From positions 20,560 through 84,559 of the IMG/VR virus record IMGVR_UViG_3300038679_000021: a stretch of 64,000 nucleotides of DNA; one strand, 5' to 3'. The DNA is from a virus. Its lineage: Duplodnaviria; Caudoviricetes. The notes under the pieces were generated by a model. The model worked only from the letters and a program-made list of their open reading frames with translations. It did no database searches and was not told the origin of the DNA. A program made the position numbers and the translations under genes. Positions 27,133 through 36,655 of this stretch are shown piece by piece. Each line of letters starts with the position of its first letter. Position 1 is the stretch's first letter.

Positions 27133-28587
27133 TCACAGCATTTTCATTGTTACTAGGTCTTGGATCGAGGCCCCTACTCTTTGGAAAAGAGCCCCTCCGC
27201 TTCCGCCAACATCTGCGAACCCGAGCAAAAGGAGAGCATCCCGATAAACTCCCGGACTTCTTCCGTATCTGGCCCCCGTCTTATTGATCTGGATACCTTT
27301 GTCCGAGGATTCCTTGACATGCTTGACAAGCTCCACCCAAGAAATCAGATTTTTTCCTTTCGTAAACTCTTCCATAAGACGAAAGGCGACGGATTTTATT
27401 GTCCGCAGCTTCTTTCTTACCAGAGTTTCGACTACTTTGTCAATCAGAGCGTCTGCGTTACCTTGCTTGGCATATACTATCCGCAAGAAGTTTATCTGTT
27501 TGTCGATAACTTCTTGCACTTCCTTTGAGTGGTAGTTATCGATCAGGTGACGAAGAATAGCGGCACCCTCAAGCGGATTCGAGTAGAGGTAGGGGTAATC
27601 AGGAAAAACATAATCCCCCTGCCAATACCGCCCTTTATGGAAAACACCTATCTGGCGAAGCATCTGCTGCGTTACAATCGAAGCAGAAATCTCCCCCTCG
27701 GAGGCGTCGAACAAGAAGATATGCCCTGAGCGAAGCCACTTGACCCACTCGTCGTAAGAGATGTTTCTCGTCCAGACAGCGTGCTTGTACTTGTCCGGAA
27801 TCTGGTGGACCTGTTCGAAAACAGTGAGATCAGAAGGCGTGTTGATCTGAAGAGTAACATCCCTACCGCCTGCGTAAGCCTTGTCCATGAGATCGAAAAT
27901 CTCAAGGACTCCCGCAGCCCCGCTCATGGCAACTGCGAAGTTTAGAACTATCGGTTTGGCGGGCTTCGGGCAAGTACCGTCAAACTTGGAGAAGTCGAAG
28001 AAGGGAAGGAACTTAAAGCTCCGATCTCGCACAGCATTGAGCATCAGTGGCGACAGATACTTCGAAGCTACTCTAGCTGCTCTGGTGTACTGAGAGTCGC
28101 TAACATAGAAGTTGAGGTCTGCATGGTAGAGACCAGCAGATTGGTTCATCAGTATCTCTTCGTCAACGTAACCATGCGTTGTCTTATCGAGAATGAACTG
28201 AAAGAAATTCGCGTAAACACGCTCTGTCTGCCCGCCAGTGCATCCGGTAAGACCTGAAAGAAGACCCCGGAGGTAAGGGGTAGATGCTACCTTTTCGGTG
28301 AGAACTACATCAAGAAAGTCTGTTCCATCATCCCAAAAACGACTGATCTCAGGTGGGATAAACCGCATCTCGAACTGCTGCCGTTGCCTCCAAGTTTCGG
28401 CAGAGATAAGTTGAATACGAGGATGATTAAAAGACTCGGTGTTCTTGATTTGTTTCGGGATTACAAGGTAAACAAAGGCGTTCTGAAAGCGATCAAGAAA
28501 CCGAAAGAGGATGATCTTTGAGGACCGAAGGGACGAACAAACCTTAGCGTCTGCGCTTGTCAGCAAAGGGACATACAGAATTCTCAT
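27133..28587 (-). CDS. Divergent GT-B glycosyltransferase-like protein with basic C-terminal extension (candidate DNA glycosyltransferase)
   Basis: MRILYVP first strand, two Rossmann-like halves, WLRSGHIFLF; no canonical EX7E; adjacent to ParB-like gene. Confidence 0.55.
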   Translation of the reverse strand: MRILYVPLLTSADAKVCSSLRSSKIILFRFLDRFQNAFVYLVIPKQIKNTESFNHPRIQLISAETWRQRQQFEMRFIPPEISRFWDDGTDFLDVVLTEKVASTPYLRGLLSGLTGCTGGQTERVYANFFQFILDKTTHGYVDEEILMNQSAGLYHADLNFYVSDSQYTRAARVASKYLSPLMLNAVRDRSFKFLPFFDFSKFDGTCPKPAKPIVLNFAVAMSGAAGVLEIFDLMDKAYAGGRDVTLQINTPSDLTVFEQVHQIPDKYKHAVWTRNISYDEWVKWLRSGHIFLFDASEGEISASIVTQQMLRQIGVFHKGRYWQGDYVFPDYPYLYSNPLEGAAILRHLIDNYHSKEVQEVIDKQINFLRIVYAKQGNADALIDKVVETLVRKKLRTIKSVAFRLMEEFTKGKNLISWVELVKHVKESSDKGIQINKTGARYGRSPGVYRDALLLLGFADVGGSGGALFQRVGASIQDLVTMKML

Positions 28588-29228
28588 GCTCGCATCCTCA
28601 AGATTCTAAAAGCTTCGGCGTACTTAGCTTGTATTGACAAGCCACGAAATCGCAAGTAAGCCTCGACTTGTTTCTTCCCCCGAAAAGCGTTCATCTCATC
28701 ACCATAAGCGGAGATGGCCCGCATCTTCGCGGAGACATCGGTAATGTCAAGGCATGTAAAGAGATTAGGCGAAAACGTCCGTGGAGTCAACTCAGAAGCA
28801 GAAGGAACTTCGAACTCGATCAAATCCAGCGGAAGTCTCCGAGTTGCTATTTCCACTGCCTGCGAAACTCTGCGATGATCTTGGTTGAAATCTTCCGACC
28901 AATGGGTATAGACGCGATCCGGCTGAAGTTTTCTGAGAACATTCTCGATGGAAGAAATCAGGGCGATAAACTGATCGCTATTCTGAACTTGTTCGTCCTC
29001 ACAACCACCGAAGAAAAGCAGTGAGGGCATAACTCCGAGTTCCTTACAGGCTAGCACAGCCCGTATACGAGACGTAGCCGCTGCTTTTTCGTCCTTCAAG
29101 TTGTGAACCCTCTTTGCCAAGCAAAAGAGAACCCCGCAGTATCCATCAGAGTGGGAAAGCTTGTGGATAGTTCCGCCAGAAGAAAGCGTTTCATCATCAC
29201 AGTGGGCGACTACAAAGAGATTTCTCAT
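28584..29228 (-). CDS. PIG-L/LmbE family deacetylase
   Basis: VAHCDDETLSSGG and THWSEDFNQDHRRV motifs. Confidence 0.9.
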   Translation of the reverse strand: MRNLFVVAHCDDETLSSGGTIHKLSHSDGYCGVLFCLAKRVHNLKDEKAAATSRIRAVLACKELGVMPSLLFFGGCEDEQVQNSDQFIALISSIENVLRKLQPDRVYTHWSEDFNQDHRRVSQAVEIATRRLPLDLIEFEVPSASELTPRTFSPNLFTCLDITDVSAKMRAISAYGDEMNAFRGKKQVEAYLRFRGLSIQAKYAEAFRILRMRA

Positions 29229-29956
29229 AAGACCCTCCAAGGTACATTAGAGAGGATGAATTCTTTCCTCTCTACACTCCCGCCATTTCGGATATTCGGA
29301 ACTTTCGTGGCATAGGCAAACTGAAAAGGCATCCCCGGAAAAACATCAGTGGATTCAGAGTAAGTTGCTACGAAAGGAATCCCTTTTGTTAAGCAGATAT
29401 CAAACAAACGCATAGCTTGAAGAATCGCAGTAGAGTCGGAATGCTCACCATAGTTGGCAGAAGTTTTTGTGTAAGGAGGATCGATGAAAAGAAACATTCC
29501 GTCTGCGGGTTCGACACAACTTGAAGTGGCGCAAAAGACAAGGCCCTTCTTGAGAAAAGGGATCGCCTCAATCGTCTTTTCAACAGGGAGGTTATGTTGA
29601 GGGTACAGAGAATAAGACGAAAGCTGCCCAACCATCACACTAGCACAGTTGATCCTGAGATAAGTTTGCTCTTCCGGCTTTAACCCTAGCGTTCTGACAT
29701 CTTTCTTAGCTTCTCTATTTACGTCACAAATAGCTTTGAGTTCCCTCAACCGAGAAATAGGGACTCGTTGAAGCCACAAGAGCATCATCACAAGTTCTTC
29801 GTTTACATCAACCCCCAGAAAGCGCGAGCCTTGATTCAAACTAAAAGCCAAGCTCCCGCAAAAGGGTTCCACAATTACTTCGTGAGGGGGCATCTCTACA
29901 GCAACCTTTCGGAGCCATCTTCCCTTATTCCCAGAGTACCTGAACAAAGCCCTCAT
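29225..29956 (-). CDS. DNA adenine methyltransferase (Dam/D12-like)
   Basis: Likely start MRALFRYSGNKG; EPFCGS (motif I) and FIDPPY (motif IV). Confidence 0.88.
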   Translation of the reverse strand: MRALFRYSGNKGRWLRKVAVEMPPHEVIVEPFCGSLAFSLNQGSRFLGVDVNEELVMMLLWLQRVPISRLRELKAICDVNREAKKDVRTLGLKPEEQTYLRINCASVMVGQLSSYSLYPQHNLPVEKTIEAIPFLKKGLVFCATSSCVEPADGMFLFIDPPYTKTSANYGEHSDSTAILQAMRLFDICLTKGIPFVATYSESTDVFPGMPFQFAYATKVPNIRNGGSVERKEFILSNVPWRVL

Positions 29957-30999
29957 ATAAAATTCGGCGTCCTTGTGTGAAGAAGGTTGTGGATCATCAG
30001 ATTGTACTTCGTGTGGCGGCAAGAAGGACAAAACCTCTGGCAAATGTTAGGGTCTAGCATACCTCGAATATACTTTTCCCTCTTCTTTCCAGTCCAGATC
30101 GCTTCAACAGATTCTTCGTAGATATTCCCGATTATTCCGAGACTCTCCCCAGTAGGAAGATGAACAGAATGAAGGCGGCAACAGAAGAAGACACTTCCAT
30201 CAGAGCCGATCACAGAAGAGAGATTGTGAGCCCTACAAGGGAGCCCGAGATTCCCCGAAGCGTCAACTTCCCAGTCAAGCTGATGGGTATAGACCTTGAA
30301 CGTTTCCGTTTGTAGGTCGTTTACCGGCGGCATCTTCCAATCAATAGGGATGTTACGATCCTCTTTGTCGTCAAGTGTTCGGATTTGAACATAGTCCACT
30401 TCGATATCCCGAAGCCGCTGCGTGATACCATAGATATCCGTGATCGAGTAGGAACTAATAAGGTAGCCTACTCCAATGACACACTTTTCTTTCACTTTGG
30501 ACCATGCTGCAAGATTCGCGAGAACCTTCTCGAAGGCGTCAACTCCCTTAGCAGCCTTGTACTCTTCCTTAGTAGAAGCATCAAGAGAGACTCGAATCCA
30601 CTCGAACTCTTTGATTACATCGTTGCTAAGAGGCTGAACTCCGTTAGTAATCAGCCCTACAGCGAGGCCGATCTTCTTAATCTCTCGCACAATAAACTCG
30701 AAATTCTTGTGGAGGGTAGGCTCCCCGCCGCCTTCGAGGACTACCCCATGGGTTCCCATAGCCTTGAACTCTCTCAGGGCTTTCAACAATGCATCCGGCT
30801 GAAGCTCCCCACAATGACGCTTTCTCCATTCGATATCGACGCACCATTTGCAGTCGAGATTGCATCGGGAAGTCAAACTGACTTCGATGGAAATGGGGGC
30901 TTTGGAAAAATCACCAACAGTAAGCGCAGAAAGCCTCTCAGGATGCAGGAAAATCTTGGAAGACGAAAACTCAACTTCAGGTGAGGGGCGGATTTTCAT
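29953..30999 (-). CDS. Radical SAM protein with SPASM/twitch domain
   Basis: CNLDCKWC; GGGEPTLH; C-terminal CRAH...FCC...IGNI...C..C..C. Confidence 0.9.
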   Translation of the reverse strand: MKIRPSPEVEFSSSKIFLHPERLSALTVGDFSKAPISIEVSLTSRCNLDCKWCVDIEWRKRHCGELQPDALLKALREFKAMGTHGVVLEGGGEPTLHKNFEFIVREIKKIGLAVGLITNGVQPLSNDVIKEFEWIRVSLDASTKEEYKAAKGVDAFEKVLANLAAWSKVKEKCVIGVGYLISSYSITDIYGITQRLRDIEVDYVQIRTLDDKEDRNIPIDWKMPPVNDLQTETFKVYTHQLDWEVDASGNLGLPCRAHNLSSVIGSDGSVFFCCRLHSVHLPTGESLGIIGNIYEESVEAIWTGKKREKYIRGMLDPNICQRFCPSCRHTKYNLMIHNLLHTRTPNFI

Positions 31000-31000
31000 T

Positions 31001-31687
31001 TCATCCTCTCAAGTAGTTACGAACAGCATCCCAGTTGGGCATGTTCGCTATCAGGTCAATTATCGAAAGCTCAGGAACAAAACTTCCAGAAAACGTGCAT
31101 TGCGGATAAGGAGGACAGGGCCACGTATCTTTCACAATCTCGATGCCTTCGAATATCTCCCGCTTCAGGTACTCAAAAGCAGAATCTCCGACCAAAAATT
31201 TGGTGCATCCCTTTAATTTGCAAAGGGCATTAAGCTGATGCTGCACAGCATCAGTGCCTTCCGAACTTACGTAGGTTGATCCAGAAAGTTGAACATGGGT
31301 CTCTATCCCAATCTTCCCTAGGATTATCTTGAGAACAGAAACAGCAAAAGAGTTAAACGGATAGTCAATATACTTTCTGGTGTCCCTCTCAATCTCTTTC
31401 AAAGCGTCAATACCGGGGCTCCTTGCATAAGTGTGAAGAATAGCCTTCCAATGGAAGTTGACAACTGCCCTGTCAAAATCCACATTGCGAATAGGGACTT
31501 GCTTCTTCCCTTTAATGGGGAGCGTAAGCATCAAAGGACCGTTTGGAAGAAGAATCCTATTACGGTTAATCCAATCCCCTTTGACAAATTGCACGGTGTC
31601 AAAAGCGACAAAAGCATCGCTTCTGGCAATGCGCGAGAAATACCGCACAGAAGGGAGGTAATGAAGCTGGTGAGCGGAGAAAATCAT
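31001..31687 (-). CDS. WbqC-like protein
   Basis: HQLHYLPSVRYFSRIARSDAFVAFDTVQFVKGDWINRNRI...LTLP; YPQ...FVPELSIIDLI. Confidence 0.9.
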   Translation of the reverse strand: MIFSAHQLHYLPSVRYFSRIARSDAFVAFDTVQFVKGDWINRNRILLPNGPLMLTLPIKGKKQVPIRNVDFDRAVVNFHWKAILHTYARSPGIDALKEIERDTRKYIDYPFNSFAVSVLKIILGKIGIETHVQLSGSTYVSSEGTDAVQHQLNALCKLKGCTKFLVGDSAFEYLKREIFEGIEIVKDTWPCPPYPQCTFSGSFVPELSIIDLIANMPNWDAVRNYLRG

Positions 31688-32856
31688 ATCTCGCGAATCC
31701 TATCCCATTCCCGCAAAACGTTGCAAACTGATGCCGCTTTCTCTTCGTCAAACTTTGCTGAGATCGGAAGGCAAACATGGGATTTGGTAACATGGTCTGA
31801 AACAGGGAAGGTGTCCGTGAAGTTTACCCACCCATTCGCGTAGGGACTAAGCATAAAGTAAGGTTGCTCATGGAGACCAAAAGCAAAAACATCCATCTGC
31901 GCCGGAGTCCCATTGCTCTTTAACAGCCCCTTCAGACGCTCCGCTTGCAGAGGGGTTTCGCAAATAACGATAACTTTGTAGTAGTTGGGAATGCAGTTTT
32001 CGCAGAAGACTGGCTCATTCCTTTCTTCGAAGAAATCCCCATAGTAATCGGCATAACGAGTTCGCTCTGCGATCATCTGAGGAAGGAAAGACTGCACATG
32101 ATGGCAGATACAAGCATTGACATTGCTCATCCTACCATTGAATCCGGCATAAGCATATTGATCCAACCATCCGGGATTCTGCCTTCCAATATCTCTGAGA
32201 CGAATCAACTTCTCATAGAGCCCGCGGTCTTTCGTTACTATGCACCCTCCCTCTGCTCCGAAAGCAACCTTTGTGGGATAATAAGAAAACACACCAGCAT
32301 GCCCAATGCTGCCACCAAATTGCGTTTCCAGCTTCCTTCCGGCATTACCGGGCGCAACTTGCCATGTGCTAATACGTACTCCATGAGCGTGAGCCGCATC
32401 TTCGATAAGATGAATCCCCGTCGTGTCACAGAAATCACGGAGCTTGAGTATATCTTGAGAAATGAAGCCTCCAATTGACACGTAGACGATAGCGACTACA
32501 TCCTCCCCTGCATAGTGGGTAATCATCGTCTTATCATCGACTGCTAGCATCATATTGGAAGGATCAACGTCTCTGAAAAGCACCTTATGCCCTGCATTGA
32601 CTGCGGCAATGGCAGTTGCGAAATGCGTGTTTGTGGGAATGATTACAATACCCTTCCTAGGGAGGGCACGGAAGACTAACTCCAATCCTGCTGTCCCTGA
32701 TCCGCAGGAAACAGCATAGTGTGATCCGGCCATGATCTTGGTCTGGTCTTCAAACCGCGAGTTCCACACCCCATGGGTGAGCCAGCCGCTTTTCAGGACT
32801 TCTTCCAGCTTCACCATCAGGCCGGGAACATCGGGGACTTCAATAGTAGGTTTCAT
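31684..32856 (-). CDS. DegT/DnrJ/EryC1/StrS PLP-dependent sugar aminotransferase
   Basis: SGTAGL, IEDAAHAHG, FSYYPTKVAFGAEGG (PLP lysine), GFNGRMS. Confidence 0.93.
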   Translation of the reverse strand: MKPTIEVPDVPGLMVKLEEVLKSGWLTHGVWNSRFEDQTKIMAGSHYAVSCGSGTAGLELVFRALPRKGIVIIPTNTHFATAIAAVNAGHKVLFRDVDPSNMMLAVDDKTMITHYAGEDVVAIVYVSIGGFISQDILKLRDFCDTTGIHLIEDAAHAHGVRISTWQVAPGNAGRKLETQFGGSIGHAGVFSYYPTKVAFGAEGGCIVTKDRGLYEKLIRLRDIGRQNPGWLDQYAYAGFNGRMSNVNACICHHVQSFLPQMIAERTRYADYYGDFFEERNEPVFCENCIPNYYKVIVICETPLQAERLKGLLKSNGTPAQMDVFAFGLHEQPYFMLSPYANGWVNFTDTFPVSDHVTKSHVCLPISAKFDEEKAASVCNVLREWDRIREI

Positions 32857-32857
32857 A

Positions 32858-34111
32858 TTACTCCCTTATCCATTTTTTTCGGTGATTCAACCGCAAAGCT
32901 CTTTCCCAAGTCCCACTAGAAACACCCCAAAAATCAAGAAGTCGCGGGTCTGCTACAGAAGCCCGCCCACCAGCCATATCGGATGGAAACACGTCTTTTA
33001 CGGCATCATAAAGCTCGGAGTTACCGAAAGGATAGGTCACTGCAAGGCTATACCAATCCGCCCCCATGGCCTCGAATCCGTCCAGACTCTCGTTGTAATC
33101 CGCGTCAGTACAGCCCGGAGCCCCAAGCATGACGTACACCGCTACAGGAACTCCGTTGGCTTTGAGAAGAGCTACGGCTTCTTTCGCCTGCGCGACAGTG
33201 ATTCCTTTGTGGAAAGCATCCAGCATTCGTTGGGAACAAGCTTCGACACCTAGCTTGATCTGTTTGCAGCCCTGAAGATTTCCGGCAAGTTCCGGGGTGA
33301 TATCATCACACCGGGCATCACAGACGAAAGGAATTCTTCGATTACGGAGAAGTGAGATGACGGCCTCTGCCCTAGTGGGGTTGATAAACAAAGAATCATC
33401 CACGAACTGAAGGAAGAACTTTTGGCCTTTGTAGAGGTCTGCAAAGTAATCCAACTGCCTCTTGATATATTCGATAGGATAGAAGCGAACATGCCCCCAA
33501 ATTCTCTTGGAGGAACAGAAAGAACATTTGAAAGGGCATCCCCGAGAGGAAGCAATCTGATTGAACTCGTTCGGCTTTGTGGGAGGAACAAGCATGCAGT
33601 CTTTGGTAATAATCGGAAGATTCCCGTAATCCACAGAAGTCGGAGTGATATACGAAGGAAGACGAGCGGGGTCTATCACGCGGAGAATAGATGAATCAGA
33701 CTCCCCAATGAAAGTAGGGAAACCTCTCCCAACCTTCTCGGCGGCAGGCCCACCAACAAAAACCCGAGGAACTAGGGGAGAAAGCCCAGAGAGTAAAGCA
33801 CGGGCCTGAATCAGGGTGCCTTCATTTACAGAAACCCCCACGGCATCTGGTTGGAAGTCCAAAACCTCCCTGAAAATGCTTTGATAAACCTCGTCGTCCA
33901 GATTATGAATCCTTCGCGGATACTCCACAGCATTTTTGAGCAACTGCTTGAGAGGAATTGGAGGAACGCTTGCGAAATCTCCGTTGAGAACCTTTGCGTC
34001 TACCCCGTGACTTCTCAGGGTTTCTGCTAAGAACATCGGCCCTAAAGCACTCCATTCTGTTCGGGAGCCAAGAAACCGATAGTAGGGTGGGGTGATAAAC
34101 AATACTTTCAT
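32858..34111 (-). CDS. B12-binding radical SAM protein
   Basis: Likely start MKVLFITPP (TAATG overlap); N-terminal cobalamin-binding-like domain (LGPMFLAETLR, PDAVGVS, VFVGGP); SRGCPFKCSFC. Confidence 0.88.
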   Translation of the reverse strand: MKVLFITPPYYRFLGSRTEWSALGPMFLAETLRSHGVDAKVLNGDFASVPPIPLKQLLKNAVEYPRRIHNLDDEVYQSIFREVLDFQPDAVGVSVNEGTLIQARALLSGLSPLVPRVFVGGPAAEKVGRGFPTFIGESDSSILRVIDPARLPSYITPTSVDYGNLPIITKDCMLVPPTKPNEFNQIASSRGCPFKCSFCSSKRIWGHVRFYPIEYIKRQLDYFADLYKGQKFFLQFVDDSLFINPTRAEAVISLLRNRRIPFVCDARCDDITPELAGNLQGCKQIKLGVEACSQRMLDAFHKGITVAQAKEAVALLKANGVPVAVYVMLGAPGCTDADYNESLDGFEAMGADWYSLAVTYPFGNSELYDAVKDVFPSDMAGGRASVADPRLLDFWGVSSGTWERALRLNHRKKWIRE

Positions 34112-34638
34112 TAAACACCAAGTTTTGTAGCTATCAAAGTGGCCCCAACCCGCAAAACATGACACCCAACTTTCTGAAGCATTTCCGGAACAAAAGTAAC
34201 AACATGCCTCTCATGCTCATTACCAAAAGCGGGGTCTTGAGGGTCTGGGCCATCAGGAACAGCTATTACAATATCGCAAGAACTGGGAACTTTAGAAATG
34301 ACAGACTCCCATGTAGGAATATGCTCAAGAACATCCCCAAAAATAACGAGGTCCGCTTTTGGGAAGAGAAAGTTAGGGTTGGAAACATCGGCGAAAATGA
34401 TGTCGTCATAAATCGCACGGTGATGGTCTTGGACATATGCTGGAAAAACCTCAACAGCAGTTAAGTGAACTTTCCAGTCCTTAGATAGAAAGACTCCGTT
34501 CTTGAGGCACTCAAGATATTCCCGGCAAAGAAGACCGAACTTCCCAAACCCACAGCCGACATCAACAATCCTCTTGGGGTTTTGCTGAAGAATGAACCTC
34601 ATCATAGGCTCAATAGACTCTAAGTTACTTGTCGGCAT
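34111..34638 (-). CDS. Class I SAM-dependent methyltransferase
   Basis: IVDVGCGFGKFG; DLVIFGDVLEH. Confidence 0.88.
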   Translation of the reverse strand: MPTSNLESIEPMMRFILQQNPKRIVDVGCGFGKFGLLCREYLECLKNGVFLSKDWKVHLTAVEVFPAYVQDHHRAIYDDIIFADVSNPNFLFPKADLVIFGDVLEHIPTWESVISKVPSSCDIVIAVPDGPDPQDPAFGNEHERHVVTFVPEMLQKVGCHVLRVGATLIATKLGV

Positions 34639-35218
34639 TTACGATATTCCTTTTGTCTAAGAGGGTTTTTGCCTCTTCCGGAGAATACCCGACAAGCTCA
34701 AGAACTTTCTCAGCGTATCGGTTTGGCCGTTCCTTATCGAGTAGCCCGCCTTCTTCGCAGAACTTCCTCGCGCCCTTCTGGCCGACAAAGCCTAGCTCTT
34801 TTCCCCTCTTCGTGTGCATATCCACAGCGAAAGATGGGATTGCAGGCTTCCATCCCTTCTCCGCGACTTGCGCCACAATCCAATCGAGATCACAAGCCTC
34901 ATGGGATTTGACTGCCCTACACATCTTGAGAATGGCGCAAGCAACGATGTTAGTCTCCGCAGATTTCGGGGCGTCTTTCATCGCCACGTTCGAGAGGTAA
35001 TGGCAAGAGGCCACGTAAGGGAGAACATCGGGCTCTCCGGCGCAATCCTCTCCGGCGGTGACTGCCAGCCGCCGCCACATATACGCGGCGAATCCGTTTT
35101 CGATCATCACACGCGCCCAGTACATCGCGTGAACTTCATCGCCCCTTCGAATGGTCTTCTGCAAAGCAGAAACAACCTCATCCAAAGGATACGCTCCGCA
35201 CATCAGAATGTCAGCCAT
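34625..35218 (-). CDS. Stand-alone MgsA/RarA C-terminal-like domain protein
   Basis: SALQKTIRRGD...YWARVMIENG..YMWRRLAVTAGED...AVDMHT; no AAA+ module. Confidence 0.8.
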   Translation of the reverse strand: MADILMCGAYPLDEVVSALQKTIRRGDEVHAMYWARVMIENGFAAYMWRRLAVTAGEDCAGEPDVLPYVASCHYLSNVAMKDAPKSAETNIVACAILKMCRAVKSHEACDLDWIVAQVAEKGWKPAIPSFAVDMHTKRGKELGFVGQKGARKFCEEGGLLDKERPNRYAEKVLELVGYSPEEAKTLLDKRNIVNADK

Positions 35219-35265
35219 AAGTCCTCCGTTTAGTAGATAATAGAGCAGAGACTTCGTGAAAGCAA

Positions 35266-35961
35266 TCAGCGATACTTGGCTAGAACTGAATCTGGTAGTT
35301 TCTCGACAATGCTCTTCAAATAGCTGATTTGCTTGTCTGTGAGAGAAAACCGTCTGCGGTATTGCGTGGTCATGCTCTTGATAACTTCCTTCGCTTTGTC
35401 ATTAAACAAATGCAAGTTATCATTAGCTATCGTGATGTACTTTGAAGCCAGAGACTTCCTCTCGTCAGCGGTATAAACAGGAGCGGGCCTTATTACACCA
35501 TGGTGCGACTTCTCCGAAACAAGAGAATCAAAGACCCGTACAAAGGCATCAGCCTGTTCCCGCGTAGGGGGAGACTTCGATGCGGTGACGCGATCTGCAA
35601 TCGATTGCAGGAAGCTGACTCGTTCAGTCGGGGCACCCTCAAGTTTTCCGTGGAGGAAGCCGGAAAGCCTCCGCGTGAAAGCCGGGAAAGCTACTGAGAG
35701 GTTCTCAAGGAAAGTCTCGGGGTCAGAAGAGTAGACCTTAAACTCAGTAGCGGGAAGGAACAGTGCCTCCCTAACCTTGACAGGGGCCGCAAGAATACAT
35801 GCCGCGCAAAGGTGAATCTTCACTATCTCAAGATACCCAGAAGAGGTAAAAAGGACTGAGGAATTCGACCTAGCGCAGCTATCGCAAACTTTTGGGAGTG
35901 CGTTCTCGGAAGCAGCCCAACAAGGAATCAGGCTCAAAGCCTCAAAATCAGAGGAAGTCAT
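35266..35961 (-). CDS. Hypothetical protein (N-terminal Cys motifs)
   Basis: 231 aa ORF in the minus-strand run. Confidence 0.55.
   Translation of the reverse strand: MTSSDFEALSLIPCWAASENALPKVCDSCARSNSSVLFTSSGYLEIVKIHLCAACILAAPVKVREALFLPATEFKVYSSDPETFLENLSVAFPAFTRRLSGFLHGKLEGAPTERVSFLQSIADRVTASKSPPTREQADAFVRVFDSLVSEKSHHGVIRPAPVYTADERKSLASKYITIANDNLHLFNDKAKEVIKSMTTQYRRRFSLTDKQISYLKSIVEKLPDSVLAKYR
35595..35610. promoter_or_regulatory. Palindrome CTGCAATCGATTGCAG (intragenic copy)
   Basis: Read directly. Confidence 0.7.
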
Positions 35962-36290
35962 TATTCGATCACTTCACAAAGTAAGCTCTTGCCATTAGCG
36001 GTATAGCGGATCACCTTCAGCTTGGAGACAAAGAATGTGCCTCCAATAGGTTGCAGACTCTTCTGAGATTCCGGAAGAATAAGGCACACGATCCCTTTCT
36101 CAGAAGAGGTTAGGAACCAGCCATTCGCTGCTACTTCAACAGCGACTCGGCAGAAAACAGCCTTCTTTCGAACGCCGCCTTCCTCCTTATTGGAGATAGA
36201 CAAAGGGATAAGATCGCCGTTCAGGGAACACAGGATGTCCCCAGCCTTCGGCTGATCCTTCTTCAACTTCATGAAGAGAGACTCTTCCAT
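35961..36290 (-). CDS. Hypothetical protein
   Basis: Coupled to neighbours. Confidence 0.5.
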   Translation of the reverse strand: MEESLFMKLKKDQPKAGDILCSLNGDLIPLSISNKEEGGVRKKAVFCRVAVEVAANGWFLTSSEKGIVCLILPESQKSLQPIGGTFFVSKLKVIRYTANGKSLLCEVIE

Positions 36291-36291
36291 A

Positions 36292-36654
36292 TTATGCCAC
36301 TTCTTTCAGTTCAGGGTGATACTTGAGGAATAGCTGTTTGACTTCATCAAGGCTAAGATACTTCCCATCAGTAGCAACTGCATCATTCGGGTGCATGATG
36401 GGGAAAACGATGTTGCAGCCACCGAATTGGATGTCGCATACAACACCTTTGAGAGGATTCTTGAGTTCGTCAAAGCGGAAGTTGACGATGATCTTCCCTA
36501 CCTTCACAGGCATCGGAATAACCAGCCGCCCAAGGAGTTCGACTTTTCGAACAATGTTACCTTCTCGGGAATCGGCTATGATGACCCGGACAGTCGTTCG
36601 CGTCGTCTTGACAGAAACTTTCTGGCCCGGATGGTTCGCTGTAATAATGCCCAT
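36292..36654 (-). CDS. Hypothetical protein
   Basis: Likely start MGIITAN just after the ligase stop. Confidence 0.5.
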   Translation of the reverse strand: MGIITANHPGQKVSVKTTRTTVRVIIADSREGNIVRKVELLGRLVIPMPVKVGKIIVNFRFDELKNPLKGVVCDIQFGGCNIVFPIMHPNDAVATDGKYLSLDEVKQLFLKYHPELKEVA

Positions 36655-36655
36655 A

